A DNA stretch of 52,401 bases. Origin: an uncultured bacterium (GTDB lineage Bacteria > Schekmanbacteria > GWA2-38-11 > J061). Made by a program: the position numbers and the translations under genes. The DNA lies in assembly GCA_964549305.1 (NCBI GenBank), contig CAZJVM010000011.1, positions 1-52,401 of the forward strand, given 5' to 3'. Below, in pieces: positions 31,960 to 41,336 of the stretch. How positions within the stretch are numbered: position 1 is the first letter of the stretch; every line of letters begins with the position of its first letter. A model generated the notes under the pieces. That model had not been told where the DNA came from and made no database searches. It saw nothing but the letters and a program-made list of their open reading frames with translations.

Positions 31960-32526
31960 CTATTTCAGGACAAAATGCGCTCTTCTGTTTTTCGCCCACG
32001 CTATTTCACTATGGACGGAATCAAAAGGCTTTTCCTCTCCGTAACTGATTGTATTAAGTCTGTCGGCGGATACGCCAAGGTTTACAAGATAGTCCATCGC
32101 CGCATTTGCCCTCTTTTCGCCGAGTACGAGATTATATTCTATTGTGCCTCTTTCATCACAGTGCCCTTCGATGAGCACGCGGACACCAGAATTTTCCTTA
32201 AGCGCCGATGCCGTGGATTCAAGTTTCCTTTTCGCCATATCGGAAAGGTTATATTTGTCGAAAGCGAAAAAGACATCCTGAACACTTCCGGCAACTTTCC
32301 TCAGAATTTCTTCTCTCAAAGCTTCTTCATCCACTTCCTTTTCAACCTCAACGGGCATCTCCTCCTTTACTTCCGGTTCGGCTTTTTTAACCTCTTCCTG
32401 TTTAACTTCAGGCACTGACTCATCCTTAACCATTGCCTTCTTCGCACAGGAGCTCATAAGAAATACAAAAGAAATTACAACAACAAAAAGACATAAAAAA
32501 TAACTATTTGCTTTTTTAAAAGACAT
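31960..32526 (-). CDS. pal: Peptidoglycan-associated lipoprotein Pal
   Basis: Lipobox MSSC; EGHCDERGT.EYNL.LGEKRA, ISYGEEKP, KNRRAHF. Confidence 0.96.
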   Translation of the reverse strand: MSFKKANSYFLCLFVVVISFVFLMSSCAKKAMVKDESVPEVKQEEVKKAEPEVKEEMPVEVEKEVDEEALREEILRKVAGSVQDVFFAFDKYNLSDMAKRKLESTASALKENSGVRVLIEGHCDERGTIEYNLVLGEKRANAAMDYLVNLGVSADRLNTISYGEEKPFDSVHSEIAWAKNRRAHFVLK

Positions 32527-32555
32527 TTTAATTCCTCCGGCAATAAAAAGGTTTA

Positions 32556-33872
32556 TTATTTATCAAGACTACGCAAACTCCACTGAGGTTCGGTTTCTTT
32601 TCCTCCGCTCATACCGATTCTTTTTTCTCCCGATCCGTCAGACTTCATAATATATATTTTATACACCCCATCCCTATCAGATGCAAATATTATAAATCTT
32701 CCGTCCGGTGACCACGAAGGCGATTCATTGTTTCCCGATTCGGAAGTGAGATATTTCATACCTGTCCCCGAAGCGTTAATGGTTGCAATATGAAACCTTC
32801 CGTTTGTCCTGGAAATGAATGCAATCTTTCTGCCGTCAGGTGACCACGAAGGGGCAGTATTGTAACTTCCGCTGTAAGTCAATCTTCTCACATCGTTTCT
32901 GCTGAAATCATATATGAATATTTGAGGGCTCCCGTGCCTGTTAGATGTAAAGGCAATTTTCCTGCCGTCAGGCGACCACGAAGGCGATAAATCGAGATAT
33001 CTGCCGGGGAATGGATTCGTGAGCTTTCCGCTGTCAAGGTCCAGGACATAAATATCGGCATTCCCCTTCACTGAAAGCGTGACGGCTAACCTGTTTCCCG
33101 AAGGAGACCAGTCCCCCGCAAGAGGGAGATTTCCCGGCAAAGACACTTTTCTTTCCGCGCCTTTGTCAAAATCGATTACATACATCTCCGGTCTGCCCTC
33201 TCTGTATGAAGTATAAGCTATTTTTGAGCCTTTTCGCGACCACACGGGAGATGCGATAATGTCATCATCCTTTCTGATTACCTTCGCGTTTTTTCCGTCA
33301 TAATCGCAAACCACAAGACTTTTTTGCCCTTTGCCGCCGGACACATAGACTATCTTTGATTCAAAACTCCCGCGAATTCCGGTAATCCTTTTTAAAACCT
33401 CGTCACTGAACCTGTGTACTATTCTTCTCAAATCCTCTGCCCTACCCCTGTATCTCCTTCCTATGATAAACCTTTCTTCAACAGCGTCATAAAGTCTGAA
33501 TTCCGCAGTCACCTCCTCATCTGCGTAACTGACGCGGCAATCGGCGTAGAGTGATACATCATCGAGGGTGGAGATAAAAACTTTTCTGTCCTCCTTTTCA
33601 GATTCTTTTTTCTGAAAAATGTCTTTAATTGAAAAGTATCCCGAATACTGCAGGTCATCTTTTAAAACATCTGCCGTTTCTTCCGACATCTTTTTCAGGA
33701 TTGATTTTGAATCATCTCTTGTACATCCGATTGATATAGGAATTTTTCTTAAATAGGGCGAATTAATATCAATGTACACTTTTTCTTTCGCGCCGGAAAT
33801 ATCCGCCGGTAAAACAAAAAACATCAGCAGGAAGGTAAAAGCATAATTCAATAAGGAATATTTATTTTTCAT
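32556..33872 (-). CDS. tolB: Tol-Pal beta-propeller protein TolB
   Basis: Repeated PSWSPDG (PD40) motifs; operon position. Confidence 0.93.
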   Translation of the reverse strand: MKNKYSLLNYAFTFLLMFFVLPADISGAKEKVYIDINSPYLRKIPISIGCTRDDSKSILKKMSEETADVLKDDLQYSGYFSIKDIFQKKESEKEDRKVFISTLDDVSLYADCRVSYADEEVTAEFRLYDAVEERFIIGRRYRGRAEDLRRIVHRFSDEVLKRITGIRGSFESKIVYVSGGKGQKSLVVCDYDGKNAKVIRKDDDIIASPVWSRKGSKIAYTSYREGRPEMYVIDFDKGAERKVSLPGNLPLAGDWSPSGNRLAVTLSVKGNADIYVLDLDSGKLTNPFPGRYLDLSPSWSPDGRKIAFTSNRHGSPQIFIYDFSRNDVRRLTYSGSYNTAPSWSPDGRKIAFISRTNGRFHIATINASGTGMKYLTSESGNNESPSWSPDGRFIIFASDRDGVYKIYIMKSDGSGEKRIGMSGGKETEPQWSLRSLDK

Positions 33873-34672
33873 TCCGGGATAAACCTCACGCCTATTTCAA
33901 GAATTCCGTCCGACAACCCTTCGGGTACCGGGGGAAGAGGGTTCGCTTTTTTTACTGCCTTCATCGCCGATTCGTCAAAAAGCGAATTACCCGACCTTTT
34001 TTCATAATCCATTGCGATAACTTCACCGTCATTTCGCACTCTGAGCATTATTATGGCTGAAAGATTATTTTCATCAACTCCCGGTATATCCGGAAGAATC
34101 CATGACTCCTTTATGGCATACCAAACGCTGTCATAATACAATTTGAATCGCACATCCTCTATGTTTCCCTTCAGTTCCCCTTCTCTTTTCATTGCAACCG
34201 ACCTGCTTTGTTCCAGTGCCCTTTTTTTATTAACCTCACGGGAAATATCGTCTATGCTTTCCATCATTCTCTCAAAGCTTTTGTCATCAACTGCCACATC
34301 TTCAATTTTGACCTCCTCTTTTTTCTCTTTTCTTTCAGGCGTGATTTCCTTCTTCCTTTTTTCCGGATTTATTTTTTCAGGAGGTGTTTTCTTTTTTTCA
34401 GGCACATCCTTTTTTAAGGACTTAATCTCCTTTTTCTTAGCGGGAGGTTTTGTTGTTTTTACGGGTTTTTCCTTTGCCGGAGTATCGGTCTTCACCTTCG
34501 TGACACTTTTTACTTCCGGTTTTCTTGACTTAAGAATATCAACATAAATCGCGCTTGCGGGTAAATAGAGACGGGTGCCGAAATCAGAAAGAAGAACAAT
34601 GAGCAACAGTAAAAGCGTATGAACGATAACCGAGAAAAAAATATATTTTTTTTCTATTTTTAGCAGTGGCAT
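33869..34672 (-). CDS. tolA: TolA/TonB-family energy transducer
   Basis: SVIVH TM motif, Lys/Pro/Glu-rich linker, SGNSLFDESAMKAVKKANPLPP C-terminal domain. Confidence 0.85.
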   Translation of the reverse strand: MPLLKIEKKYIFFSVIVHTLLLLLIVLLSDFGTRLYLPASAIYVDILKSRKPEVKSVTKVKTDTPAKEKPVKTTKPPAKKKEIKSLKKDVPEKKKTPPEKINPEKRKKEITPERKEKKEEVKIEDVAVDDKSFERMMESIDDISREVNKKRALEQSRSVAMKREGELKGNIEDVRFKLYYDSVWYAIKESWILPDIPGVDENNLSAIIMLRVRNDGEVIAMDYEKRSGNSLFDESAMKAVKKANPLPPVPEGLSDGILEIGVRFIPE

Positions 34673-34687
34673 CTTCTTTGGCTTTCA

Positions 34688-35107
34688 TTATCTTGCGCCT
34701 TCCTGTTCCTCCTCAGTGACCATTCCCAATCGCGATATGCCTGCTCTGCGCGCCGCGGCCATAATTTTAACAACAAAACCGTAAGGGACGTTTTTATCTG
34801 AGCGAAGATAGAGACTTTTTGCTTTTTTCTCCTGAGAAAGGCTTCTCAGCTTACCGGAAAGCTCGTCAAGGGAAATCGGCTCCTTGTTAAGAGTGATTGT
34901 CTTGTCGGAGGCAACACTTAAAATAAGTTCTTCATTGCTCAACTCTACATTCTGTTTCGAGCTCGCCTCAGGAAGGTCAACATCCACACCCTGAAAAAGC
35001 ATAGGCGCGGTAACCATGAAAATTACGAGGAGAACGAGCATAACGTCAACAAAAGGAGTCACATTGATATCGGAAAGCGTTGTCATCTCGGACTTCATCG
35101 GTTCCAT
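34688..35107 (-). CDS. tolR: TolR
   Basis: INVTPFVDVMLVLLVIFMVTAP. Confidence 0.93.
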   Translation of the reverse strand: MEPMKSEMTTLSDINVTPFVDVMLVLLVIFMVTAPMLFQGVDVDLPEASSKQNVELSNEELILSVASDKTITLNKEPISLDELSGKLRSLSQEKKAKSLYLRSDKNVPYGFVVKIMAAARRAGISRLGMVTEEEQEGAR

Positions 35108-35112
35108 GACAA

Positions 35113-35862
35113 TTACCTTCCGGAATCCTGCATAAGATATCTTTTAATTACATTCAAAAAATCGGAAGAGAAATTTTCCATCTCACTGGAAAGCACACGT
35201 ACTCTTCTTAACAGATAGTTATAGGCGACAACCGCCGGAATCGCCGCTACAAGACCTATTGCCGTGGCAATGAGCGCTTCCGATATTCCCGGTGCGACAA
35301 CTGCGAGAGATGCCGAGCCTTTAAGCCCGATACCGTGGAAAGAAGTCATAATTCCCCAAACCGTCCCGAAAAGCCCTATAAAAGGCGCGGTACTGCCCGT
35401 TGTGGCAAGAAAAGTGAGAGAGCTTTCAAGCTTGGTAATTTCCGAAACCGATGCCCTTCTGAGTGCCCTGCTGATATTGTCGATGCCGTCTGCGCTTCCC
35501 GTAATCACTCTAGGTGAAATACCTTCTTCCTTTGGACCGTCTTTCTCCGACTTGGTGTGCCCGCTGATTTTGCGAAACTCCTGATATCCCGTATGAAACA
35601 CCTGCGCTACGGGAGAGTATTTAAACTGAAGAATATTGTCGTCAACGGAATTGAGGTCTCTGCTCTTCCAGAAAAAATCCTGAAAGTTTGAGGACTCCTT
35701 CGATGCCTTACGGTAGGTAATGCTTTTGGAAAAAATTATAGCCCACGAAATTACCGACATTAAAAGCAGAAGAATGATTACAAGCTTTACCACAAGCCCC
35801 GCTTTTAATATGAGATATAAAATACTTCCTTCCGGGATAAGCGAAGAATCAAGTCCAAACAT
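35113..35862 (-). CDS. tolQ: TolQ
   Basis: APFIGLFGTVWGIM, VAPGISEALIATAIGL. Confidence 0.94.
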   Translation of the reverse strand: MFGLDSSLIPEGSILYLILKAGLVVKLVIILLLLMSVISWAIIFSKSITYRKASKESSNFQDFFWKSRDLNSVDDNILQFKYSPVAQVFHTGYQEFRKISGHTKSEKDGPKEEGISPRVITGSADGIDNISRALRRASVSEITKLESSLTFLATTGSTAPFIGLFGTVWGIMTSFHGIGLKGSASLAVVAPGISEALIATAIGLVAAIPAVVAYNYLLRRVRVLSSEMENFSSDFLNVIKRYLMQDSGR

Positions 35863-35900
35863 ATATAAAATCCTTACTTAATGGGGTAAATATTTATCTA

Positions 35901-35929
35901 ATTTTAACTGAAGTGAGGGACTAAGTCAA
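35901..35929 (-). promoter_or_regulatory. Putative sigma-70 promoter of the tol-pal operon
   Basis: Minus strand TTGACT-N17-TAAAAT. Confidence 0.6.
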
Positions 35930-36139
35930 TTAAGAAGGAAACCGGACTGATGGCTTATCAAAAAATATTACGGAATTGGTTGACTTCAATACGCTTTTTA
36001 TTTAGAAGAAGAACGATTTTCAAAAAGGTTTTTCTGATAGATTACTTTTCATTTTTAGATAATAATTTTTTTAAATTTTACCTCAATCTGATAGAATTAT
36101 ATTGGAATGATTTTCCAAAAGAAGATAGAGTAAATTTCA

Positions 36140-38404
36140 ATGGGATTAGAAATACTTTTCATTGCAGTTTTATTTCTTGCCCTCTTTGCCGTTTTCGATT
36201 TGACGGTAGGTGTGAGCAATGATGCCGCCAATTTCCTCAATTCATCTCTGGGGTCAAAAGTAGCGCCGCGCTATATTATAATGATTGTTGCAAGCCTTGG
36301 AATACTTATTGGTGTAGTATTTTCAAGCGGGATGATGGAAGTGGCAAGAAAGGGAATTTTTCATCCCGATTTATTTACAATGCCCGAGCTTATCATAATT
36401 TTCATTTCCGTAATGCTCACGGACATTGTTCTTCTCGACATTTTCAATACATACGCCCTTCCCACATCAACGACCGTTTCCATAGTCTTTGAACTGCTCG
36501 GAGGCGCAGTCGCGGTTTCCGTTCTAAAAATAATGGACAATAACGAAGGACTCGTCAACTTATCGAAATACATAAACACAAGCAAGGCGATGATTATCAT
36601 CTTCGGTATTCTTCTTTCCGTCATAGTTGCTTTCATCTTCGGCGCAGTACTGCAGTTTGTAAGCCGTATCATCTTCACATTCGATTACACAAAAACGATG
36701 AAGCGTTTCGGCGCTCTATGGGGAGGTATTGCCCTCTCATCTATTACATACTTTATATTGATTAAGGGTGCAAAGGGGGCATCCTTTATTTCCCCCGAAA
36801 CCATATCATGGATTAAGGGAAACACTTTCACGATTCTTATATCCATCTTTTTCGTATCTGCGGCATTTCTTCAGCTATTGCTTTTCATGAAGGTTAATAT
36901 TTTTAAGCCAATTGTCCTTATGGGAACATTTGCCCTTGCAATGGCATTTGCCGCAAATGACCTTGTTAATTTCATAGGCGTTCCCATGGCGGGATATCAC
37001 GCGTATATATCCGCAATGGCAACAGACTCTCCCCTTACCGTATCCATGTCCGCACTCGAGCAGAAAGTACCCACGGAAACATATTTTCTTCTTGTCGCGG
37101 GAGCGATTATGATACTCACTTTGTGGATATCAAAAAAGGCAAGGACAGTTTCAAGCACTGAAATAAGCCTTGCACAGCAGTATGAAGGCGAAGAAAAATA
37201 CGAGTCCGCCTTTATTTCCCGCGTCATTGTAAGGGCAGTGCTGAATTCCGGCAAGTTAATCAGGACAATAAGCCCTGCCTTTTTGTATAATTGGATAAAC
37301 AAAAGGTTTGACACTACAAAATATAAAGTCGAAGCGGATGCCGAGAAGCGTCCTTCCTTTGACCTTCTCCGCGCATCGGTAAACTTAATGGTTGCAAGCG
37401 GCTTAATATCCTATGCAACATCGCACAAACTGCCTCTTTCGACGACCTATGTCACATTTATGGTAGCTATGGGCTCTTCCTTTGCAGACAAAGCGTGGGG
37501 AAGGGACAGCGCCGTATATAGAATCACGGGAGTGGTTACGGTCATTACGGGTTGGTTTTTCACGGCAATGTCCGCTTTTTCACTCTGCTTCGTCGTTTCC
37601 GTTATAATCTTTTACGGAAAGACAGCGGGCTTTCTGGCACTGCTTGCCGCAGGCGGATTCGTGATTGTGAAAAACCATAGAAGGCACAGCGAGGAACTGG
37701 ACTTTAAGAAAAGAGAGCTTGTATTTAATCTCAAAAAAATCACCGATGTTGAGAGTTCGATTTCAATGACATTCGAACATATGGGAATTTTAATCCACGA
37801 AATACGCGAGTCTCTCAAAACCACCTTAAATGCGCTGAATTATCACAATAATTATATTCTTTCGCGGGAAAGGGAAAAAACAAAAAGAATACAAAGATGG
37901 GCAAACATCACTATCGCCAATGTTTTTAAGTGTATGCGTCTTCTACAAAAAAGCGATATCGAATTATCTTACAATTACGGTCAAACAATCCGCCGCATAC
38001 AGCGAATTTCCGACGGTTACCGCGACATCGTGCAGAGATGTTATAACCATGTGGAAAACCATCACAAAATGCTTCTCGAAGTGCAGATGGAAGAACTTAA
38101 AGAGGTTGGCGAAATATTTTATGAAATTCTGCAAAATACGGAAACTGCCTTATGCAACAAAGATTTGAGCAAGTTTAAATGTATTTCCGAAAAAGACAAT
38201 GAGTTAAAAGAAATCGTAGAAAAATTGAATCAAAATCAGGTTGAACGCGTCAGAAACGGTGAATCAAAAACACGCCACAGCATATTGTTTTATTCCATTG
38301 TGGGCAACTTGCTCATGCTTTCAAAGCAGAATCTTAAACTGATGGAAATTCTTTCATATACCTTCGGTAATGTTGAACAACAGCCGAAAGGGCGGACAAA
38401 TTAA
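36140..38404 (+). CDS. Inorganic phosphate transporter (PiT family) with C-terminal PhoU-like helical domain
   Basis: GVSNDAANF, LPTSTT, FAANDLVNF, LPLSTT repeats; soluble helical C-terminus of about 240 aa. Confidence 0.85.
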   Translation: MGLEILFIAVLFLALFAVFDLTVGVSNDAANFLNSSLGSKVAPRYIIMIVASLGILIGVVFSSGMMEVARKGIFHPDLFTMPELIIIFISVMLTDIVLLDIFNTYALPTSTTVSIVFELLGGAVAVSVLKIMDNNEGLVNLSKYINTSKAMIIIFGILLSVIVAFIFGAVLQFVSRIIFTFDYTKTMKRFGALWGGIALSSITYFILIKGAKGASFISPETISWIKGNTFTILISIFFVSAAFLQLLLFMKVNIFKPIVLMGTFALAMAFAANDLVNFIGVPMAGYHAYISAMATDSPLTVSMSALEQKVPTETYFLLVAGAIMILTLWISKKARTVSSTEISLAQQYEGEEKYESAFISRVIVRAVLNSGKLIRTISPAFLYNWINKRFDTTKYKVEADAEKRPSFDLLRASVNLMVASGLISYATSHKLPLSTTYVTFMVAMGSSFADKAWGRDSAVYRITGVVTVITGWFFTAMSAFSLCFVVSVIIFYGKTAGFLALLAAGGFVIVKNHRRHSEELDFKKRELVFNLKKITDVESSISMTFEHMGILIHEIRESLKTTLNALNYHNNYILSREREKTKRIQRWANITIANVFKCMRLLQKSDIELSYNYGQTIRRIQRISDGYRDIVQRCYNHVENHHKMLLEVQMEELKEVGEIFYEILQNTETALCNKDLSKFKCISEKDNELKEIVEKLNQNQVERVRNGESKTRHSILFYSIVGNLLMLSKQNLKLMEILSYTFGNVEQQPKGRTN

Positions 38405-38453
38405 AAAGTTCCCATCTGTCGCAAAAAGCATTTTCTCCTTCAATGATATCTGC

Positions 38454-38493
38454 TTGACACCTTATAATCGCTTACTGTATAAAACTAATTCTC
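38454..38493 (+). promoter_or_regulatory. Putative sigma-70 promoter for the SnoaL-like gene
   Basis: TTGACA at 38454-38459 with TATAAA at 38488-38493 and an intervening TATAAT; spacing is not canonical. Confidence 0.25.
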
Positions 38494-38507
38494 TTGGGGA
38501 ACAAAGG

Positions 38508-39089
38508 ATGATAAAATATTTTAAAAATATCATACCGCTGATTGCAGTCGTGATTGCAGTATCAGGCTGTTCTTTAAATAATTCAACAAATCAAAAGGAG
38601 GGAAAAATGAGTTTAGATGACCTTGAAAAACGAATACAGGCCATTGAAGATATTGAAGCCATTAAACAGCTAAAAGCCACATACTCGGAATATTGCGATG
38701 ATTCCTACAATCCGGAAAAGATGATGGGAATATTCACCGAAGACGCAGTATGGGACGGTGGGGAAAGATTCGGAAAGTACACGGGACACAAGGAAATCAA
38801 GGAATTTTTCGAAAATGCAAGCAAGTCGCTCGTATTCGGAGCACACTTTTTCCTTCAACCGAGAATTACCATCACAGGCGAAAAAACGGCAAAAGCGAAC
38901 TGGTATCTCTGGCAGACAAGCACAATGGCAAACGGAAAAGGGGTATGGATATGCGGGCTTGAAGATGACGAATACAGAAAATGCGATGACGGAAAGTGGA
39001 GAATGAGCAATATGAAGCTTACGCTTTTCTATGTCACTTCATACGAAGACGGATGGCACAAGGCGCCCTGGAGCGGACTGGAAGACTAA
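38508..39089 (+). CDS. NTF2/SnoaL-like (BaiE/scytalone dehydratase-like) protein; alternative start at 38607
   Basis: LEKRIQAIEDIEAIKQLKATY..CD, FTEDAVWD, H.F.QP.I, YRK.DDGKWR; lipobox-like VSGC in the longer form. Confidence 0.85.
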   Translation: MIKYFKNIIPLIAVVIAVSGCSLNNSTNQKEGKMSLDDLEKRIQAIEDIEAIKQLKATYSEYCDDSYNPEKMMGIFTEDAVWDGGERFGKYTGHKEIKEFFENASKSLVFGAHFFLQPRITITGEKTAKANWYLWQTSTMANGKGVWICGLEDDEYRKCDDGKWRMSNMKLTLFYVTSYEDGWHKAPWSGLED

Positions 39090-39116
39090 AGCTGATTTTT
39101 TAACAAATAAAAACAT

Positions 39117-39147
39117 AGAGGGCAGGTGTTAAAACCTGCCCTTTTTT
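39117..39147 (+). terminator. Rho-independent terminator between convergent genes
   Basis: AGGGCAGGT-GTTAAA-ACCTGCCCT followed by a T-run. Confidence 0.85.
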
Positions 39148-39171
39148 ATTTTCTATATTTAACAATTCTTT

Positions 39172-39627
39172 CTAATTCTTTTGAATTCCCGCGGGAGAGT
39201 AATTAAAAAAACTTTTCCAGTAAACTATCGAAGATGTTGCAAGCGCGGGACCTATGAGGACATATACTAATCCGAGGTAATCGTGGGGATAAGGCAGACT
39301 TCGCAGAACCTGTCCCATGGACATCATACAACCTATTAGAATCCACGTCTTCCACGAAAACATGCTGACAAAGCAAGCCCTTTCGGGATGCCCGTATATT
39401 CTTATAACCGCCCTGTTTGCAGCTTTATAAAGAACAAATTTCCCTTTAATTATGCCCAAAGCAACAGCTAACGGCATAAGCCAGAATACCATCTGATGTT
39501 TTACGGGAAATATCCAGAATAGACCTATCGTTGAAAGAAGCACACCTGCAAAAAGCCAGAGCAGTCCCGCGAGAAGAAGAAGATATCTTTTCGGTACCGC
39601 CGGTTTATATTTTTCTTTCCACTCCAT
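39172..39627 (-). CDS. Conserved-type hypothetical integral membrane protein (about 4 TM)
   Basis: Hydrophobic segments; directly follows yajQ. Confidence 0.75.
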   Translation of the reverse strand: MEWKEKYKPAVPKRYLLLLAGLLWLFAGVLLSTIGLFWIFPVKHQMVFWLMPLAVALGIIKGKFVLYKAANRAVIRIYGHPERACFVSMFSWKTWILIGCMMSMGQVLRSLPYPHDYLGLVYVLIGPALATSSIVYWKSFFNYSPAGIQKN

Positions 39628-39631
39628 TTAA

Positions 39632-40123
39632 TCACCTTTTTAAATTAACGTACTGCAATGCCATATCGAGATTTGATGACTTCAACATTTGAATTATTTC
39701 CTGAAGGTCGTCAATCTTCTTCCCGTTAACCCTTACCTGATTGTCCTGTATCTGCGCCTGCACCTTCAATTTTGTATCCTTTATCATCTTTATAATTTTC
39801 TTCGCGTTTTCCTTGTCGATACCTTCGCGCACCTTTATAATCTGCTTTACCGTACCACCCAATCCTTCTTCTATCGCGCCGAAACTGAAGGATTTCAAAT
39901 CTATTCCCCGTGAAGAAGCTTTCACCCTCAAAGTATCTGCAACAGCGTCAGCTTTCATCTTGTCCGAAGTACTCAAACGGATTTCCTTTTCATTTCTGTC
40001 AAAATCAATCGATGTTTTAACACTCTTGAAATCATAACGGTTAAAAAGCTCTTTCTTTGCCATATTCACGGCATTGTCAACTTCCTGAAAATCAATTTTG
40101 CTCACAATATCAAATGTAGACAT
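39632..40123 (-). CDS. yajQ: YajQ family nucleotide/c-di-GMP-binding protein
   Basis: STFDIVSK, RYDFK, KVQAQIQ.NQVRV.GKKIDDLQ; SD GGAGG. Confidence 0.95.
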   Translation of the reverse strand: MSTFDIVSKIDFQEVDNAVNMAKKELFNRYDFKSVKTSIDFDRNEKEIRLSTSDKMKADAVADTLRVKASSRGIDLKSFSFGAIEEGLGGTVKQIIKVREGIDKENAKKIIKMIKDTKLKVQAQIQDNQVRVNGKKIDDLQEIIQMLKSSNLDMALQYVNLKR

Positions 40124-40158
40124 TTTCAAACCTCCTTAACTCATCCATATTCAAAAAT

Positions 40159-40356
40159 CTAATCAAAAAACCCCCTGCCGTAATAAATAAGCAAAAGTCC
40201 CGCAATCATGGCGATTATCCCGAAAACTCTCAGATTTCTCGAGTCGATTTCCCTTATCATCGATGCCGCTTTTTTCATTCCTTCGGGAAAACAGAAATAG
40301 GGAATACCTTCGATAACCAGCATCAGTCCCACAGCGACAAGCAAATATTTACCCAT
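40159..40356 (-). CDS. DUF2065 family small membrane protein
   Basis: AVGLMLVIEGIPYFCFP..MK...LRVFG. Confidence 0.88.
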   Translation of the reverse strand: MGKYLLVAVGLMLVIEGIPYFCFPEGMKKAASMIREIDSRNLRVFGIIAMIAGLLLIYYGRGFFD

Positions 40357-40406
40357 ATCTTCTTAGAAATTCAGACGAAAAAATCCAGTTAAAATAATGA
40401 AGGCGA

Positions 40407-41291
40407 TTAATCCGCAACAATTTCCGTTCCTACTCCTTCGCGGGTGAAGATTTCGAGCAGAAGCGCGTGTTTTATTCTTCCATCGATAATATGAACTTTC
40501 TGCACTCCCTTGTCAATCGCGTCAAGACAGCACTTTACCTTAGGAAGCATTCCTCCGCTGATTACGCCTTTTTTAATAAATTTTTTTATTTTCTTTTCAT
40601 TCGCTGATGAAACAATTCTTCCCTTATCATCAAGTATTCCTTCAGTATCCGTAAGAGCAACGAATTTCTTTGATTTGAGCGCTCCGGCAATGGCGCCTGC
40701 GGCGATATCGGCATTGATATTGAGGGATTGTCCATCCTTATCGATGCCTATCGGCGCTATTACGGGAATAAACCTTCTGTCAAGCTCGAGAATGACTTCG
40801 GGCGATACATTTACAACTTTACCCACCCTTCCTATGTCAACCATCTTCTTTTTGCCGTTTTTTCCTGTTTCCTCACCGGGAACCTTTGTTTTTTTCCCCT
40901 TCAGCAGGTTTCCGTCCTTGCCCGTCAATCCGATTGATTTTCCTCCGTGCCTGTTGATGAGAGTTACAATTTCTTTGTTTATCGTGCCTCCGAGGACCAT
41001 TTCAACGATTGTCATGGTCTCATCGTCAGTCACGCGGTTGCCTGATACAAACTCGCTCTTTTTTCCCATCTTCTTGAGAAAGTCCCCTATCTGAGGACCT
41101 CCTCCGTGAACGATTACGGGATTAATGCCTATGTATTTGAGAAGAATCACGTCGAGAGCGAAATTTTCCTTTAATTCCTTGTTGAGCATTGCGCTTCCGC
41201 CGTATTTGATCACAAAAGTCTCACCGCTGAATTCCCTTATATAGGGAAGCGATTCGACAAGCGTATGCGCTTTTTCAATAAGTTTTTCCAT
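40407..41291 (-). CDS. argB: Acetylglutamate kinase
   Basis: VIKYGGSAM, VHGGGPQI, NINAD, GGMLPK. Confidence 0.97.
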   Translation of the reverse strand: MEKLIEKAHTLVESLPYIREFSGETFVIKYGGSAMLNKELKENFALDVILLKYIGINPVIVHGGGPQIGDFLKKMGKKSEFVSGNRVTDDETMTIVEMVLGGTINKEIVTLINRHGGKSIGLTGKDGNLLKGKKTKVPGEETGKNGKKKMVDIGRVGKVVNVSPEVILELDRRFIPVIAPIGIDKDGQSLNINADIAAGAIAGALKSKKFVALTDTEGILDDKGRIVSSANEKKIKKFIKKGVISGGMLPKVKCCLDAIDKGVQKVHIIDGRIKHALLLEIFTREGVGTEIVAD

Positions 41292-41336
41292 TTTTTCACT
41301 CTGCCTCTTTGTTTTCTGTAATCCCCCGTCAAAGCA

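Noticed and set aside
38370-38507. N-terminal extension of the SnoaL ORF as given in the ORF track
   Set aside because: Overlaps the PiT gene end and promoter-like sequence; the real start is more likely 38508 or 38607.
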